The notes under the pieces were generated by a model. That model searched no databases. It was not told where the DNA came from and saw nothing but the letters and a program-made list of their open reading frames with translations. A program made the position numbers and the translations under genes. Positions 37,526 to 49,415 of a DNA stretch of 64,000 nt are shown piece after piece (position 1 is the first letter of the stretch; each line of letters starts with the position of its first letter). Source of the DNA: Carcharhinus amblyrhynchos (taxonomy: Eukaryota); NCBI GenBank assembly GCA_965287045.1, contig OZ336892.1, positions 19,034,001 through 19,098,000 on the forward strand. The letters run 5' to 3'.

Positions 37526-39124
37526 TAATCCCCTTAACAGCGCTGTGAACAATACAGACTGCTCACCACCACCTTCGTAAGAGCAATTAGGGATGGGCAA
37601 TAACCACTGACCTTACCAAACATGCTCACGTCCCAAAGAAAAATGCTCTCACTCCAACTTTATTGAGAAATCTCTTGCTACCACCGATGTTTGCCAAAGG
37701 CCAAGTAAAGAAGTTATTCCCATTCTTTGCTACTCAGGCTAAAGGCTCAGCTGGACTCATTATTTGTTCTAAATAGAATGCATTCATAGAACCAAGACTG
37801 CACTTCAAAAGAGTTAATTGTATGTGAAACATCTTGGAGCTTTCTGAAGGATGTGATTCTGATAATCTCAAATCCTTTTTTTGAATCTTCATCCTGTATT
37901 TATCCCTCATTATCTTCCAGGTGTGGGCTGAGTGCTTTGGAGTGAAGATTGCAATTTTCTAAATTTGTAGTTGTGTTAAAGCTGCCTCCATGATGATAGC
38001 ATTTACTGCATTTCTTAATGACTCTGACAGATTTTCTCTTTGGAATCTATAGGGTCAGTAGTATTTGTGAAGTAATAATACATTACTGAACTAGTAACTG
38101 CAAGGCACTAGTTCAGTAATGTCTAGTGAACTTACTGAAGTAAGTTCATTGGCATGGGCTAATGATTTGAGATATGACTTCAAATCAAACCAAATCAATT
38201 TTAAAAATCTGGAATTAAGACATAATGGTGACAATGAAATTATGGGACTGTTGTCAATCTGTTGTCTTTATCCCATCTGGCTCTATGTGACTTCAGACAT
38301 ATAACAAGAGTGGTTAGTACTGCTGCCTCACTATGCCAGGGACCCGGGTTCAATTCCAGTCTCAGGTGACAGCCTGTGTGGAGTTTGCACATTCTCCCTG
38401 TGTCTACGTGGGTTTCCTCCGGGTGCTCCGATTTCCTCCCACAGTCCAAAGATGTGCACGTTAGGTGGATTGACATGCTAAATTGACCCTTAATATCAGT
38501 GGGATGAGAATGGTAAATACATGGGGACATGGGGATGGGGCTTGGGTGGGATTGTTCTTGGTTCAGGCTCAATAGGCCTCTTTCTGCATTGTAGGGATTC
38601 TATGATTCTTAACAGTTCTCTGTAATAGCCCAGCAAGCACCTAGTTTGTGGTCTGAGTCAATTATTACCCTTAACAGGAAGTCAAGGTCACAAACATTTT
38701 AAAGCAATTTATTAAGAAGCAACAGTTTTGATATGATACATAAGTTTGTAAAGCTATTGACAGAAAACCACATGATTAATAACAGATGAGAATGATTTAC
38801 TGGTCCCAGACCAGATGAAAGGATGGTTGACATAGTGAGTGTTGAAACCTGTAGCTGCACACTCTAGCCGTCCACCTGGCTCTTAGACCTTTTGGATTAA
38901 TCAGGGTGTTAGTCAATGGGGATCCACCATAGAAAGCTTTCCCTTGTCTGATGTACCTCATCCCTCCCAAATGCCCATATTTCCATGCAGCTGCTAGATG
39001 CCCCATGCCAATCTCTCTTTGAATGATATGTTTCTATCCAATTTTTGCAGAAGTAAGGGACAGATACTGTAGTATATCCTTCCTATTGCAGACCCACAGC
39101 ACAGGAAAATATGGACTGCTGGAA

Positions 39125-40248
39125 GACAGTTGATAAGGTGCAGCACAAAAGTTAACACAAGTTAAGATCTCTCAGAGTTGGGAGTAACTTATTAGCTTGG
39201 ATTGAGGATTGACTAACCAACAGAAAGTAGAGAATGGGGGTAAATGTGTCTTTTTCTGGTTGGCCAATATTGCCACAGGGTTTCATCCTCAGGCCCCAAC
39301 TATTTACAATCTATATTAATGACTTGGATGCAGGGATGGAATTTCCTATAGCTAAATTGCTGATGATGCTAAAATAGGCAGAAAAGCCATGTGCAATGAG
39401 GAAATAAGACGTTTACAAATGGATATGGATTAAGTAAGTGGGCCAAAATTAGGCAGATGGAATTTAATATGGATAAATGTGAGGTTATCCATTTTGGTTG
39501 GAGGAATAAAAAGGCAACTTCTTGTCTAAACGGAGAGAAATTTCAAAATGCTTCGGTGCAGAGGGATCTGGGTGTCCTTGTACATGAATTGCAGAAAGTT
39601 AATATGCAGGTCCATCAGGTAATAAGGAAGACAACTGGAATTTTGGCATTCATTGCTAATGGAATGGAGTATAAAAGTTAGGGAGGTGCTGTTGCATTTG
39701 CAGATGGCATCAGTGAGACTGCATCTGGAGTTCTGTGGACAGTTTTGCTTGAGGAAGGACATAAATGTATTAGGGGTGGTTCAGAGACGGTTCCCTAAAT
39801 TAATTCCAGGGATGAATGAAGACAGATTGAGCAAGTTAGGCTGATACTTGCTGGAGGTTACATGAATGAGAGAAGATCTAACTGAGGTATATCAGATGAG
39901 GGTAAACATAAACTGAATGTTTCCCCTTGTTGGACATTCTAGAATGAGAGGCCATAGCTTTAGGCTAAGGGGTGGCAGATTTAAAACAGAAATGAGGAGG
40001 AACTACTTCACTGAAAGGACCAGGAATCTGTGGAATTCTCTACCCCAGAGTGCAATGGACGCTGGAACAATAAACAAATTTAAGGTGGAGATAGATAGGC
40101 TTTTAATTAGTCGCGGGATGAAGCATTATGGGGAACGGGCAGGAAAATGGAGATGAGACTGAGACAAGATCAGCCATGATTGTATTGAATGGTGGAGTAG
40201 GCTCCAGGAGCTGAATTGCTGACTTCTGCCTCTAGTTCTTATGCTCTT
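39125..40248 (+). mobile_element. Degenerate CR1 ORF2 and 3' UTR
   Basis: MEFNMDKCEVIHFG, VQRDLGVLVHE, RMRGHSFRL..RFKTEMRRNYF. Confidence 0.9.
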
Positions 40249-40599
40249 ATTATCCCTTTGTAAGAATATCTTGTTAGTTCCATCAGATAGATTTTAGAGA
40301 AATGGGCATGAGACCCCAAGACTCACCTGTGCCTCTGCCCCTCCTCAATCTGTGGCCTTAGGGGCTGTGGTACTAGTAGCAGCCACCTTCTCCCTGGTGG
40401 AGTAGCTGGACTATCAACTATCAGTGGGTGGGACTTTTTCCTCCAGGGTCAAGGGCCTTTGCTGGCCTAACAAGTGCCTGAGTGGTACAAGATGCAATAG
40501 AATTTCCTGAAAAGATGCAACGTGGTGGGGTCCCAATGGATATGCAGACGGAGGCAAAGACTCCCTTCATTGCCACAATATTTGACCAGCATTTCTGTG

Positions 40600-40950
40600 C
40601 AGCAGAGAAAAGGGTTGAATGATTTGATTCCCGATGGAAGAAGGTGGAAGAGAGCATGTTTGGGGTGTGTGGATCCTTGATTATGTTGGCAGGGGGGAGT
40701 GTAGACTGAGTCAATGGATGGGAGGTTGGTTTGCCTGATGGATTGGGTTTTGTTTGCAACCCTTTGTAATTCCTTGCAGTCTTGGTCTCAGCAGGAGACA
40801 TACCAAGCTTCGATACATCCAGAAAAGATGCTTTATATGGTGCATTTGTAAAAACTGGGGAGAGTCCTAGCAGACATATTGTACTTCTTTAGCCTCTAGA
40901 GAAAGTAGAGGCACTGACGGGCTTTCTTAATTATAGTGTCGGCGCATGGA
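40600..40950 (-). mobile_element. Rex1/Babar-clade LINE ORF fragment
   Basis: Minus-strand Q.LYFL..L.K, FYKCTI.SI.SGCI.AWY, AN.IKDP.HP.H.LF..LPSG. Confidence 0.7.
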
Positions 40951-40984
40951 ATGACCACTTAACTTGCCTTTGGGGGTGTATGCA

Positions 40985-41235
40985 GAAGAAAGCAATATTG
41001 GCCAGGTGACCAATTCCCATTCTTCCATTAGCGCCATAAAACCTTCAATGCCTGTCTGATCAAGAAGACTGATTCTCAATGCAACTGAGGTGTCATCCAA
41101 AGATTGGAAGTGCCAATAATACAGCACTTGCTCAGTATGGCAGCCTAGGGAATGCTCTAGGGATCCAAAGAGGGACTTAAACCTCCAACCTTCTATGCCA
41201 GAAGTCAGAATTTCACCACCTGGGCCAAACTATCA
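40985..41235 (-). mobile_element. Very old DeuSINE-like fragment
   Basis: Weak colinearity with the 9358-9770 head and Deu domain. Confidence 0.45.
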
Positions 41236-41399
41236 CACAAGCACATTACAGAAGATTTTCCTAAGTGGATATGAGAACAGTCAATCCAATCTTCATTACA
41301 AGTATGAAGAAATCATATGTTGACTTGAAAAGTGCCCAATCTTCCCTGGACAAATGATCAATTTAAAGAGGTGTACAATACTTCACAAATTCCAAGCAG

Positions 41400-41857
41400 C
41401 AGCTTAAATTTTTGTAAATTTATTCTTGGTCTATTTTTAATACAGCTTTGAAAATATTATTAAAATGTTTGACTTCAGGTAAATGCACAAAACAGAAATA
41501 ATTTTGATTAGCGTTGAGTAAAAAAATCCAAAATCAAGTCAATGAGTTCAAATAAAAATCAGTAGAATTACTGTTATGTTTACCAAAGAACAATGTCATT
41601 TAAAATAGTGAATTTTAAGAAAATATAAGACTTTAAATTTATGTAGGAAATGCCATGGAGAAGTTTATAGACACAGTTAATCTAATTAAATAATAAATTA
41701 ATCTGTTAAATGCCAATAATTAAAGGGGGAGAGAGGAAGTGAAATTTTACATGCACAAAAGGATATTAGACAAAATTGGCATCAATATATTCCTTCCGAT
41801 GCTGTTTTATATTTTAAAGATTTTCTTCACTACTTTTGTCTTTGTTCCTTCGATGTC
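41400..41857 (-). other. TMIGD1: TMIGD1 terminal non-coding exon / AU-rich 3' UTR
   Basis: atttttcctgcAG acceptor at 41858-41859 gives a 151-nt intron. Repeat-free AT-rich sequence with several ATTTA motifs on the minus strand. Confidence 0.6.
41419..41424 (-). terminator. Candidate polyadenylation signal AATAAA of TMIGD1
   Basis: tttatt on the + strand at the end of the AU-rich tract. Confidence 0.5.
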
Positions 41858-42020
41858 CTGCAGGAAAAATAACTCTTGGATTAAATCTCTTTTGAGCAAT
41901 TGTGGGCTTCCAGCAGGCTACGCTGTAATAAACGTGGAAATCATAATTAAAGCGCATCCATAGCTTGTTTTTAATTAAAAATGAAGTACAAAAGAGGATG
42001 ATACTTACAGTCTTGCCTTC

Positions 42021-42068
42021 TTATTGAGTATCATTCTCAACACGCGTGTCGGTTTTCTTTCTGCATGT
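42021..42068 (-). CDS. TMIGD1: TMIGD1 cytoplasmic-tail exon: TCRKKTDTRVENDTQ*; exon extends to 42009
   Basis: ttcctttttcAG acceptor, phase 0. xC-basic start resembles the mammalian LCMKDK tail. TAA at 42021-42023 and a perfect GTAAGT donor 12 nt later. Total CDS 795 nt, 264 aa. Confidence 0.8.
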   Translation of the reverse strand, partial: TCRKKTDTRVENDTQ

Positions 42069-42169
42069 CTGAAAAAGGAATTCCATCAGGTGAAACTTGT
42101 CTGTGGATTGAGCAATATTTTGTCTAGCAAATGTTGCCTATAGTGCCACAGAAAGATTCCCCAAACACT

Positions 42170-42372
42170 ATGATGTGGAGATGCTGGCATCAGACTGGGG
42201 TGGGCATAGTAAGAGGTCTGAGAACACCAGGTTAAAGTCCAACAGGTTTATTTGCAATCACGAGCTTTTGCTGTGCTACTCTTTCATCAGGTGAGCCAAA
42301 AGTTCCAAAAGCTCATGATTCGAAATAAACCTGTTGGACTTTAACCTGGTGTTATAAAACTTCTTACTGTCT
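42170..42372. mobile_element. Palindromic Penelope-derived element with degenerate hammerhead
   Basis: Inverted arms AACACCAGGTTAAAGTCCAACAGGTTTATTT; minus-strand CTGATGA...AAAAGCTCGTGA. Confidence 0.7.
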
Positions 42373-42816
42373 CCAAACACTAGGCAGTAACAGTTGGTTC
42401 AACAACATCATGCAAGCATGGTGTTGTGATTAGATTCTTGATTAACAAGATGGTGAAAGATTACTGGGGGACAGGCAGGAATGTCTGGGTGGTATGGTGG
42501 CACAGTGTTTAGCACTGCTACCTCACAACGCCAGGGACTGGGGTTCAATTTCAGCCTTGGATGATTAATTACGTGCAGTTTGCGCATCCTCCCCGCTGTT
42601 TTACTTTTAGTTTTATATTCTGTGCAAAGCAAAGAACAGCTCTTCAATAAAAGCTGATTGTGTGGTTTGAATCGACATATGCTAACCAAGTGTATTTCTT
42701 TCTGTTAAAACCCACACATTAACCATTGTAGAGGTTACAATCAGATCAGCTATGAAGTTATTGAACAGCAGAGCAAGCTCAAAGTGCTGAGTGGCCAATT
42801 CCTGCTCCTAATTCAT

Positions 42817-42943
42817 GGGCAGGATTTTACAGCCTCGCTCGACCCGTGATTGGAAAATCCTACCCGAGGTCTATGGACCTTCCCACTGTCTGCCCCTCGC
42901 CCACTCCCATCCCCATGGTGAGCAGGACTGTAGAATTCCAGTG
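42817..42943. mobile_element. MITE-like element, same family
   Basis: GGGCAGGATTTTACAG...CTGTAGAATTCCAGTG, flanked by CAT on both sides. Confidence 0.6.
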
Positions 42944-42974
42944 CATAGGTTCAAATGGTCTCACTTATTCTTTC

Positions 42975-43368
42975 AATAAAAGCAGGACTAGCCCCTTCAG
43001 CTCTTCAAGCCTGCTCAGCCATTCATTTTGATCATCTCTGATTATCAAATACAATATTCTTTCCCTCATATCTCTTGATCCCTTTAGCCCCAAGAGCTAT
43101 ATCTAATTTCTTCTTGAAATCACACAACATTTTGGCCTCAACCGCTTTATGTGGGAAAAAATTTACCACTCTCTGGGTGAAGACATTTCTCCTCACCTCA
43201 GCCCTAAAACGTTTACCTCTTGTCCTCAAACTATGACCCTGAGTTTTGGATTCCCCCATTAACAAGAACATATTTTGTGAATCTACCTTGTCTAACCCTG
43301 TTAGAATTTTATAAGTTTCTATGAGATCCCCTCTCACTCTTCTAAACTCCAGTGAATATAATCCTAGC
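42975..43368 (-). mobile_element. CR1 3' fragment
   Basis: ORF LGLYSLEFRRVRGDLIETYKIL...QRVVN. Confidence 0.88.
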
Positions 43369-44191
43369 ACAAGGCTCGCTTTCTATTAAAGTTGGGGATT
43401 GTTTGTGCAGTTTCCACATTTTCCAACAATGCAAGTAACAGGAACAACATGAATGGGTAGGATTTTAGAGAACAGTTCTGACAGTACCAGAGAGGAATAC
43501 AATTCCTCTTTCAGTAAAAGAAATCTGAGATTTCTCAGTAATTAACAGCCCATTAAATTGCACAAACATATGTTCTGAAGCACACAAGTTCTGAGGGTAT
43601 GATTTTAGTATCTAGAAATATAAAATCAGATTCACTTATTTTCCACTAAAACACAAATTTCTTTTCCATCCATTTCCTGTTGGATTTGTTACTGTGTTCA
43701 GGGAAGGAAGGACTTTGGTCTTAACCTTCTTTTATGATTGCAATAAAAGTATTTTATTTCAACAGCTTTCAGCAGAATATGAGGGAAATTTTGGCTGTGA
43801 GCTAATCTTGATGTTAGTTACATTTAATTAAAGAAGTGTATAATTAAGCAACTCTAGCCTGAAGTTCATGAACCTTCAGTGCATTGCCCGGTACAGTGCA
43901 TATCCCTAGTGCTGGGAGTGCACTCATATTTTCCACCATCTTTAACAAAGTATGATGTCAAGTAGGAACCTTTAATTCTATGTAGCTTCAGTATGTAATG
44001 GTAAAATTGTGGGTGGAATTTTACTGGCACATCCGCCTGAGGTTCGTATGATCCTGCCTGATGCCAAGGGAGAATGCCATTCTCTGAACCTTACCCTCCC
44101 CAACCCCCAACACCCGGAATCGGGGCAGGCGTGCCAGTACTTTTTTGGCCTGTGTGTTTGAATTCTCATATCTTTCTTGAAATTAATTAAT

Positions 44192-44732
44192 GGGGGAAGT
44201 GATGGCTTAGTGATATTATCGCCAGATTATTAAGCCAGAAACTCATCTAGCGTTCTGGTGGTCCAGGTTCAAATCCCACCATGGCAGCTGGTGAAATTTG
44301 AATTTAATAAAATTCAATTAAGAATCTACCGATGGCCGTGAAACCATTGTTGATTCCTGAAATTAACTAATGGGACAGGTGACAGCCTAGTGGTATTATC
44401 ACTAGACAATTAGTCCAGAAACTCAGCCAATGTTCTGGGGACCTGGGTTTGAATCCCTGCACAGCAGATGGTGGAATTTGAATTCAACAAAAAAATCTGG
44501 AATTAAGAATCCACTGATGACCTTGAAACCATTGTCGCTTATTGGGAAAAACCCATCTGGTTCACTAACGTCTATTAGGGAAGGAAATCTGCCATCCTTC
44601 CTTGGTCTGGCCTACACGTGACCCCAGAGCCACAACAATGTGGTTGACTCTCAACTGCCCTCAGGAAACTAGGGATGGGCAATAAATGCTGGCCAGCCAG
44701 CAACGCCCATGTCCCACAAATGAAAAAGAAAT
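44192..44732 (+). mobile_element. SINE family 2: partial copy followed by a full copy in tandem
   Basis: Head repeated at 44192 and 44372. Confidence 0.85.
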
Positions 44733-46742
44733 GATGGGCATACTTCAGAGTTTTTTTGTTCACTGATGTTGCTGAATCTATCTTCAGCTAGACATACTAA
44801 ATTAAGTGACCTCTCTTCTTCACCCAGAAGTATTCCTTCACTTGTTTTATGTTCAGAGTTTTATGTCACCATTCCAATTTATAGCTGATGAACCACTGAA
44901 TTACAGGCTCTTAATTGACAAAGAACAAAGAACAGTACAGCACAGAAACAGACTCTTTGGCACATCAAGCCCATGCTGATCATGATGTCCTATTTAGGCC
45001 AACTACCTGTATCCCTCTATTCCCCGCCTGTTCATGTGCCTATCCAGATCAGTCTTAGTTAGGGTTAGAGTTTTAAAAGATAACCACCCTGATAAATGCC
45101 AAACGCTGTGGCAAGAGTAGGAACAGTGTCAAGTTTCAACTACCCACCTGTAGCAATATAATAATGGATAAAGTTCATTCCAATTGGTAGTTTCAAATGC
45201 TCTGCACCTCTTACTGTTTGAACCACTTTTGTTCATTATACATCAGGGCTGGGGTACGCCCCTTAAATACATTTAAGAGAAAAATTTGTTCCATCTTCAA
45301 TTTCAATCCCAAAAGGATTTTCCTATCTTTATACCTACAGTGTAGACAGAGGCCTTCAGGTCTGCACTGACTCTCTGCCACAGCTTCACACCCGAGCCCT
45401 ATCCCTGAAACCTGTGTCCACGTGGATTTCCTCCGGGTGCTCCGGTTTCCTCTCACAGTCTGAAAGATGTGTTGGTTAGATGCATTGACCCAAACAGGTG
45501 CCGGGGTGTGGTGACTTGGGAAATTTCACAGTAACTTGAATGCCATGTTAATGTAAGCCTACTTGTGACTAATAAAATAAATTTGAACTTAACTTAGCTG
45601 ATTCCGCTAACTTACTCATCTTGGGACACTAAGGGGGCAATTTTGTGTGACCAATCCACCTAATCTACACATCTTTGGAGTGTGGAAGGAAACGGGAGCA
45701 CCCGGAGGGAGCCCACACAACACGGGGAGAATGTGCAAATACCACACAGAGTCACCCGAGGCTGGATTCAAACCCAAGTCTCTGGTGCTGTGAGGCAGCG
45801 ATGCTAACCATTGTGCCACTGTTTTCACTATAACAAATGGTTCCATTTTGGTGAAGACAAAACCACCCAGGACCAGGGCTCCAAAATAAAGATGGTTACG
45901 TTTATAAGTAAAACATGAAAATATATCTCTTATAATCATGTTTTAGATATTAAAATCCATCAACGGTACTGATTAATGAAGAAGGTTTTAGAAGCTGATG
46001 GTATTTGGAACTGTAGGTTTCAAGTGTGCTTTATTGCTATGTATCACTCGAAACAGCTACACTGGCCTTTAATATATCTAACATTTCCCCAACAGTCACT
46101 GTGATCACTTTAATTCTTGTCATAAAAAAATGTACAATAATGTTGCAGCCAAGGCAAATATTAGTTTTCGATAGTATGTAAACCACACCTCAGGTCTGAA
46201 GGTCATACAACCTATTGTAGTGGTTGAAAGTTACCCTGTTTTAGTTCATAGTTTAATACAGAAATTGCTAGACAGGCAGTTTTATAACATTTTCATAGAA
46301 TAAAATCCCTACAGTGCAGAAGGAGGCCATTCAACCCATTGTGTCTACACCGACAACAATCCCACTCGGCCCTATCCCCAGAACCCTATGTATTTACCTT
46401 GCTGGTCCCCCTGACACTAAGGGGCAATTTAGCACGGCCAATCAACCTAACCCACACATCTTGTGTGGGAGGAAACTGGAGCACTGGGAGGAAACCCACG
46501 CAGACATGGGGGGAATGTGCAAACTCCATCCAGGCAGTGACCCAAGGCTGGAATTGAACCTGGAGCTGTGAGGCACCAGTGCTCACCACAGTGCCACTGT
46601 GTCATCCATTTTATAAACACACCTAATACTACCTGGAAGGACTACTTCTCTGTACTGAAGGAAGTATCCATCTTATTCTTTCAAAGAGAGCTGGCTGATT
46701 CTGACAAGGCAGATTCCTTAAAATCTATCACAAAAGGGGAAG

Positions 46743-47528
46743 AATGGTAGGAAGGACTATTACTTACGTGGCGAAAAACTGCAGCAGGCGACGGTGCAGA
46801 GGGACCTCGGGGTCCTTGTGCATGAATCGCAAAAACCCAGCTTGCAGGTGCAGCAGGTGGTCAGGAAGGCGAATGGGATGCTGGCCTTCATAGCGAGGGG
46901 GATTGAATATAAAAGTAGGGAGGTCTTGCTGCAGCTGTATAGGGCATTGGTGAGGCCGCAGCTGGAGTACTGTGTGCAGTTTTGGGCGCCGCACCTGCGC
47001 AAGGATATTTTGGCCCTGGAGGGAGTGCAGAGGAGGTTTACTAGGCTGATACCGGAGTTGAGGGGATTGAGCTATGAGGAGAGGCTGAATAAACTAGGCT
47101 TGTACTCGTTAGAGTTTAGAAGAATGAGGGGAGATCTCATTGAGACGTATAAGATGATGAATGGGATGGATAGGATAGAGGTGGAGAGACTCTTCCCGCT
47201 CAAAAAAGACAGTAGGACTAGGGGGCACAGCCTCAAGATAAAGGGGAGGCGGTTTAGAACGGAGTTGAGGAGGAACTTCTTCACTCAAAGGGTGGTGAAT
47301 CTCTGGAATTCTCTGCCCGTTGAAGTGGTGGAGGCTGCCTCGCTAAATATTTTTAAGAAGCGGGTTGATGGGTTTTTGATAAGAGAAGGGATTAAGGGTT
47401 ATGGGGAGAGGGCGGGAAAGTGGAACTGAGCCACGACAGATCAGCCATGATCTTATTGAATGGCGGGGCAGGCTCGAAGGGCTAGATGGCCTACTCCTGC
47501 TCCTATTTCTTATGTTCTTATGTTCTTA
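46743..47528 (+). mobile_element. Young 5'-truncated CR1 LINE (ORF2 C-terminus, 3' UTR, (TTCTTATG)n tail)
   Basis: Uninterrupted 211-aa ORF: QRDLGV...LYRALVRPQLEYCVQFW...RGDLIETYK...RTRGHSLK...RVVNLWNSLP; microsatellite tail. Confidence 0.95.
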
Positions 47529-48924
47529 AGACCTCCATAGCCCATTGGGGATTCAACTATCAGTGAAATGTGAAACACACCTCAACTGTGTTGACTTCCA
47601 GCTTAACTGCAGTGGTTTAGAGGGACTTTGAGTAACTGCTTCAGTAATTATCATATTGACCTCAGAGCTTGGGAGACATCTGAAATTAATGCTGTATATT
47701 GAATTTCCCAACAGCTGAAGAAAGTCAGACACTGCCAGGTCAAGTAGGTATTTGTTCTATTTCCAGCCCTGCCTATGGGCCAGGAGAAATGAGACTGTTT
47801 GCTCCCTGCCCCCCAAAGCAACCCTTCTGCTGCAACCTTTCCCTTGCATTGACCTTCCCTCAGGCTTAATGCTCTCCCCCAACCACCAACCCTGTTAACC
47901 TCACTATCCCTCCTTGCTACCTCACTCTGAATTGTTCCCCTCACCGATCTCCAACGTCAGATTGCCAGGAACAATTCCTAGCAATTGCAACCTTCTCCAG
48001 CAGACTTTCCCAGCCAGCAGACAGTCAGCCTTCACCCTGGCCAACAGTGGGTCAGGAAAGGAAGGAAAGATGTTCTAACATGATTGTGCCATTAACTTCA
48101 CCAGAGCCTTCCTTCCTGGTATTTTTTGGGTTGCATCCCTCCTTACGTCAGGGAGAGCCATCAGATAGTCTTTCTGAATGCTACTTTGGTCAGCAGAGAT
48201 TATTAATTGGGCAGGATTCCTTTCTATTTTACCTTCCAATCTATACTCAGAAGCAGAGGGTCTAAATCAGGAAATATATTGTAGTGTATAAATTTAGACT
48301 GAAATGCGGAAAGCAAAATAAAACAGATGGAAAGGAAGATGGGATTAAGAGAGAAATAAAAGAGTTAGAAAGATAAAGTCAAAAATAAAGCCCCCAACAT
48401 TGATTAAAATTTGAACGAGTGAGACTACACACTTATAAAATTAAATTTTCAGTGCTGGAGCAAGGTGCTTTGAGTGTAATAATGAATGATTACAGCATTA
48501 AAAATTTACTAACAGCTGAGTGTACCAGCTCTGATGTTTTCTGCCACATTTAGTGAATAAGTATGGTCATTTAGTGCTCTTATGTATATTCCAAAGCCAA
48601 GTCCATCAGTGAGATACCGTTCTAGAGCAGCCTGCGGTGGAGGACAATGGTTGGATGACAAATTTTGGATTTATGCATTATTATGCCTTTTGCAAGTGCC
48701 AGCCTACTTGATTTACTCCATTATAATTGTGAGCGTAATGTTACCAATATTCTCAACACAAAACCCAGGCCAAAGTGGTTTATTGTTTTTCTGAAAAAAA
48801 GAGATATGCCATCAAAGTTTTTTATCTTGTACTCATCAGGACGGTTGGCAAGAATAAGAACAATAAAGGGAGAAACAATTTATACTGCATGAGAAGAGAG
48901 TGCTGATTGATTAGCAAATTAAGC

Positions 48925-49415
48925 CATAGAGACTTACAGCACAAATAGAGGTCTTCAGCCTATCATGTCTGTGCACCTACCTATTCCAATCCACTTTCCC
49001 AGTATTTGGTCCATAGCAGTAAATTTCAGATCCCCCCCCGCTCTCTGGATGAAGAGGTTTTTCTTCAAATCCCCTTTAAATCTCCTGCCCTTCCCTTCAA
49101 TCTATGCCCCTAGGTTATTGACCCCTCTTCTAAGGGGAGAAGTGCCTTCTTATCAATCCTATCTCTGTTCCTTATAATTTTGTGAACCTCAGTCAGGACC
49201 ACCCCCCCCCCGCCCACCCCCTGCCCCCTCAGCATTCTCTGCCATAAAGAAAACAACCTCAGCCTAACCAGTCTCTCTTCATAGCTGAAACTCTCCAGCC
49301 CGCGCAACATCCTGGTGAACCCCTTCTACACCCTCACTCATGCAATCACATTCTTTCTATTGTATGGCGACTACAACTGCACACTGTACTCCAGCTGTGG
49401 CCTAACGAGTGTTTT
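48925..49415 (-). mobile_element. CR1 3' fragment
   Basis: RPQLEYSVQL, GLESFSYEERL.RL.LFSL. Confidence 0.8.

Noticed and set aside
41807-42023. Stop-codon read-through of TMIGD1 giving EGKT|DIEGTKTKVVKKIFKI
   Set aside because: TAA-G is an efficient stop context and the extension resembles nothing I recognise.
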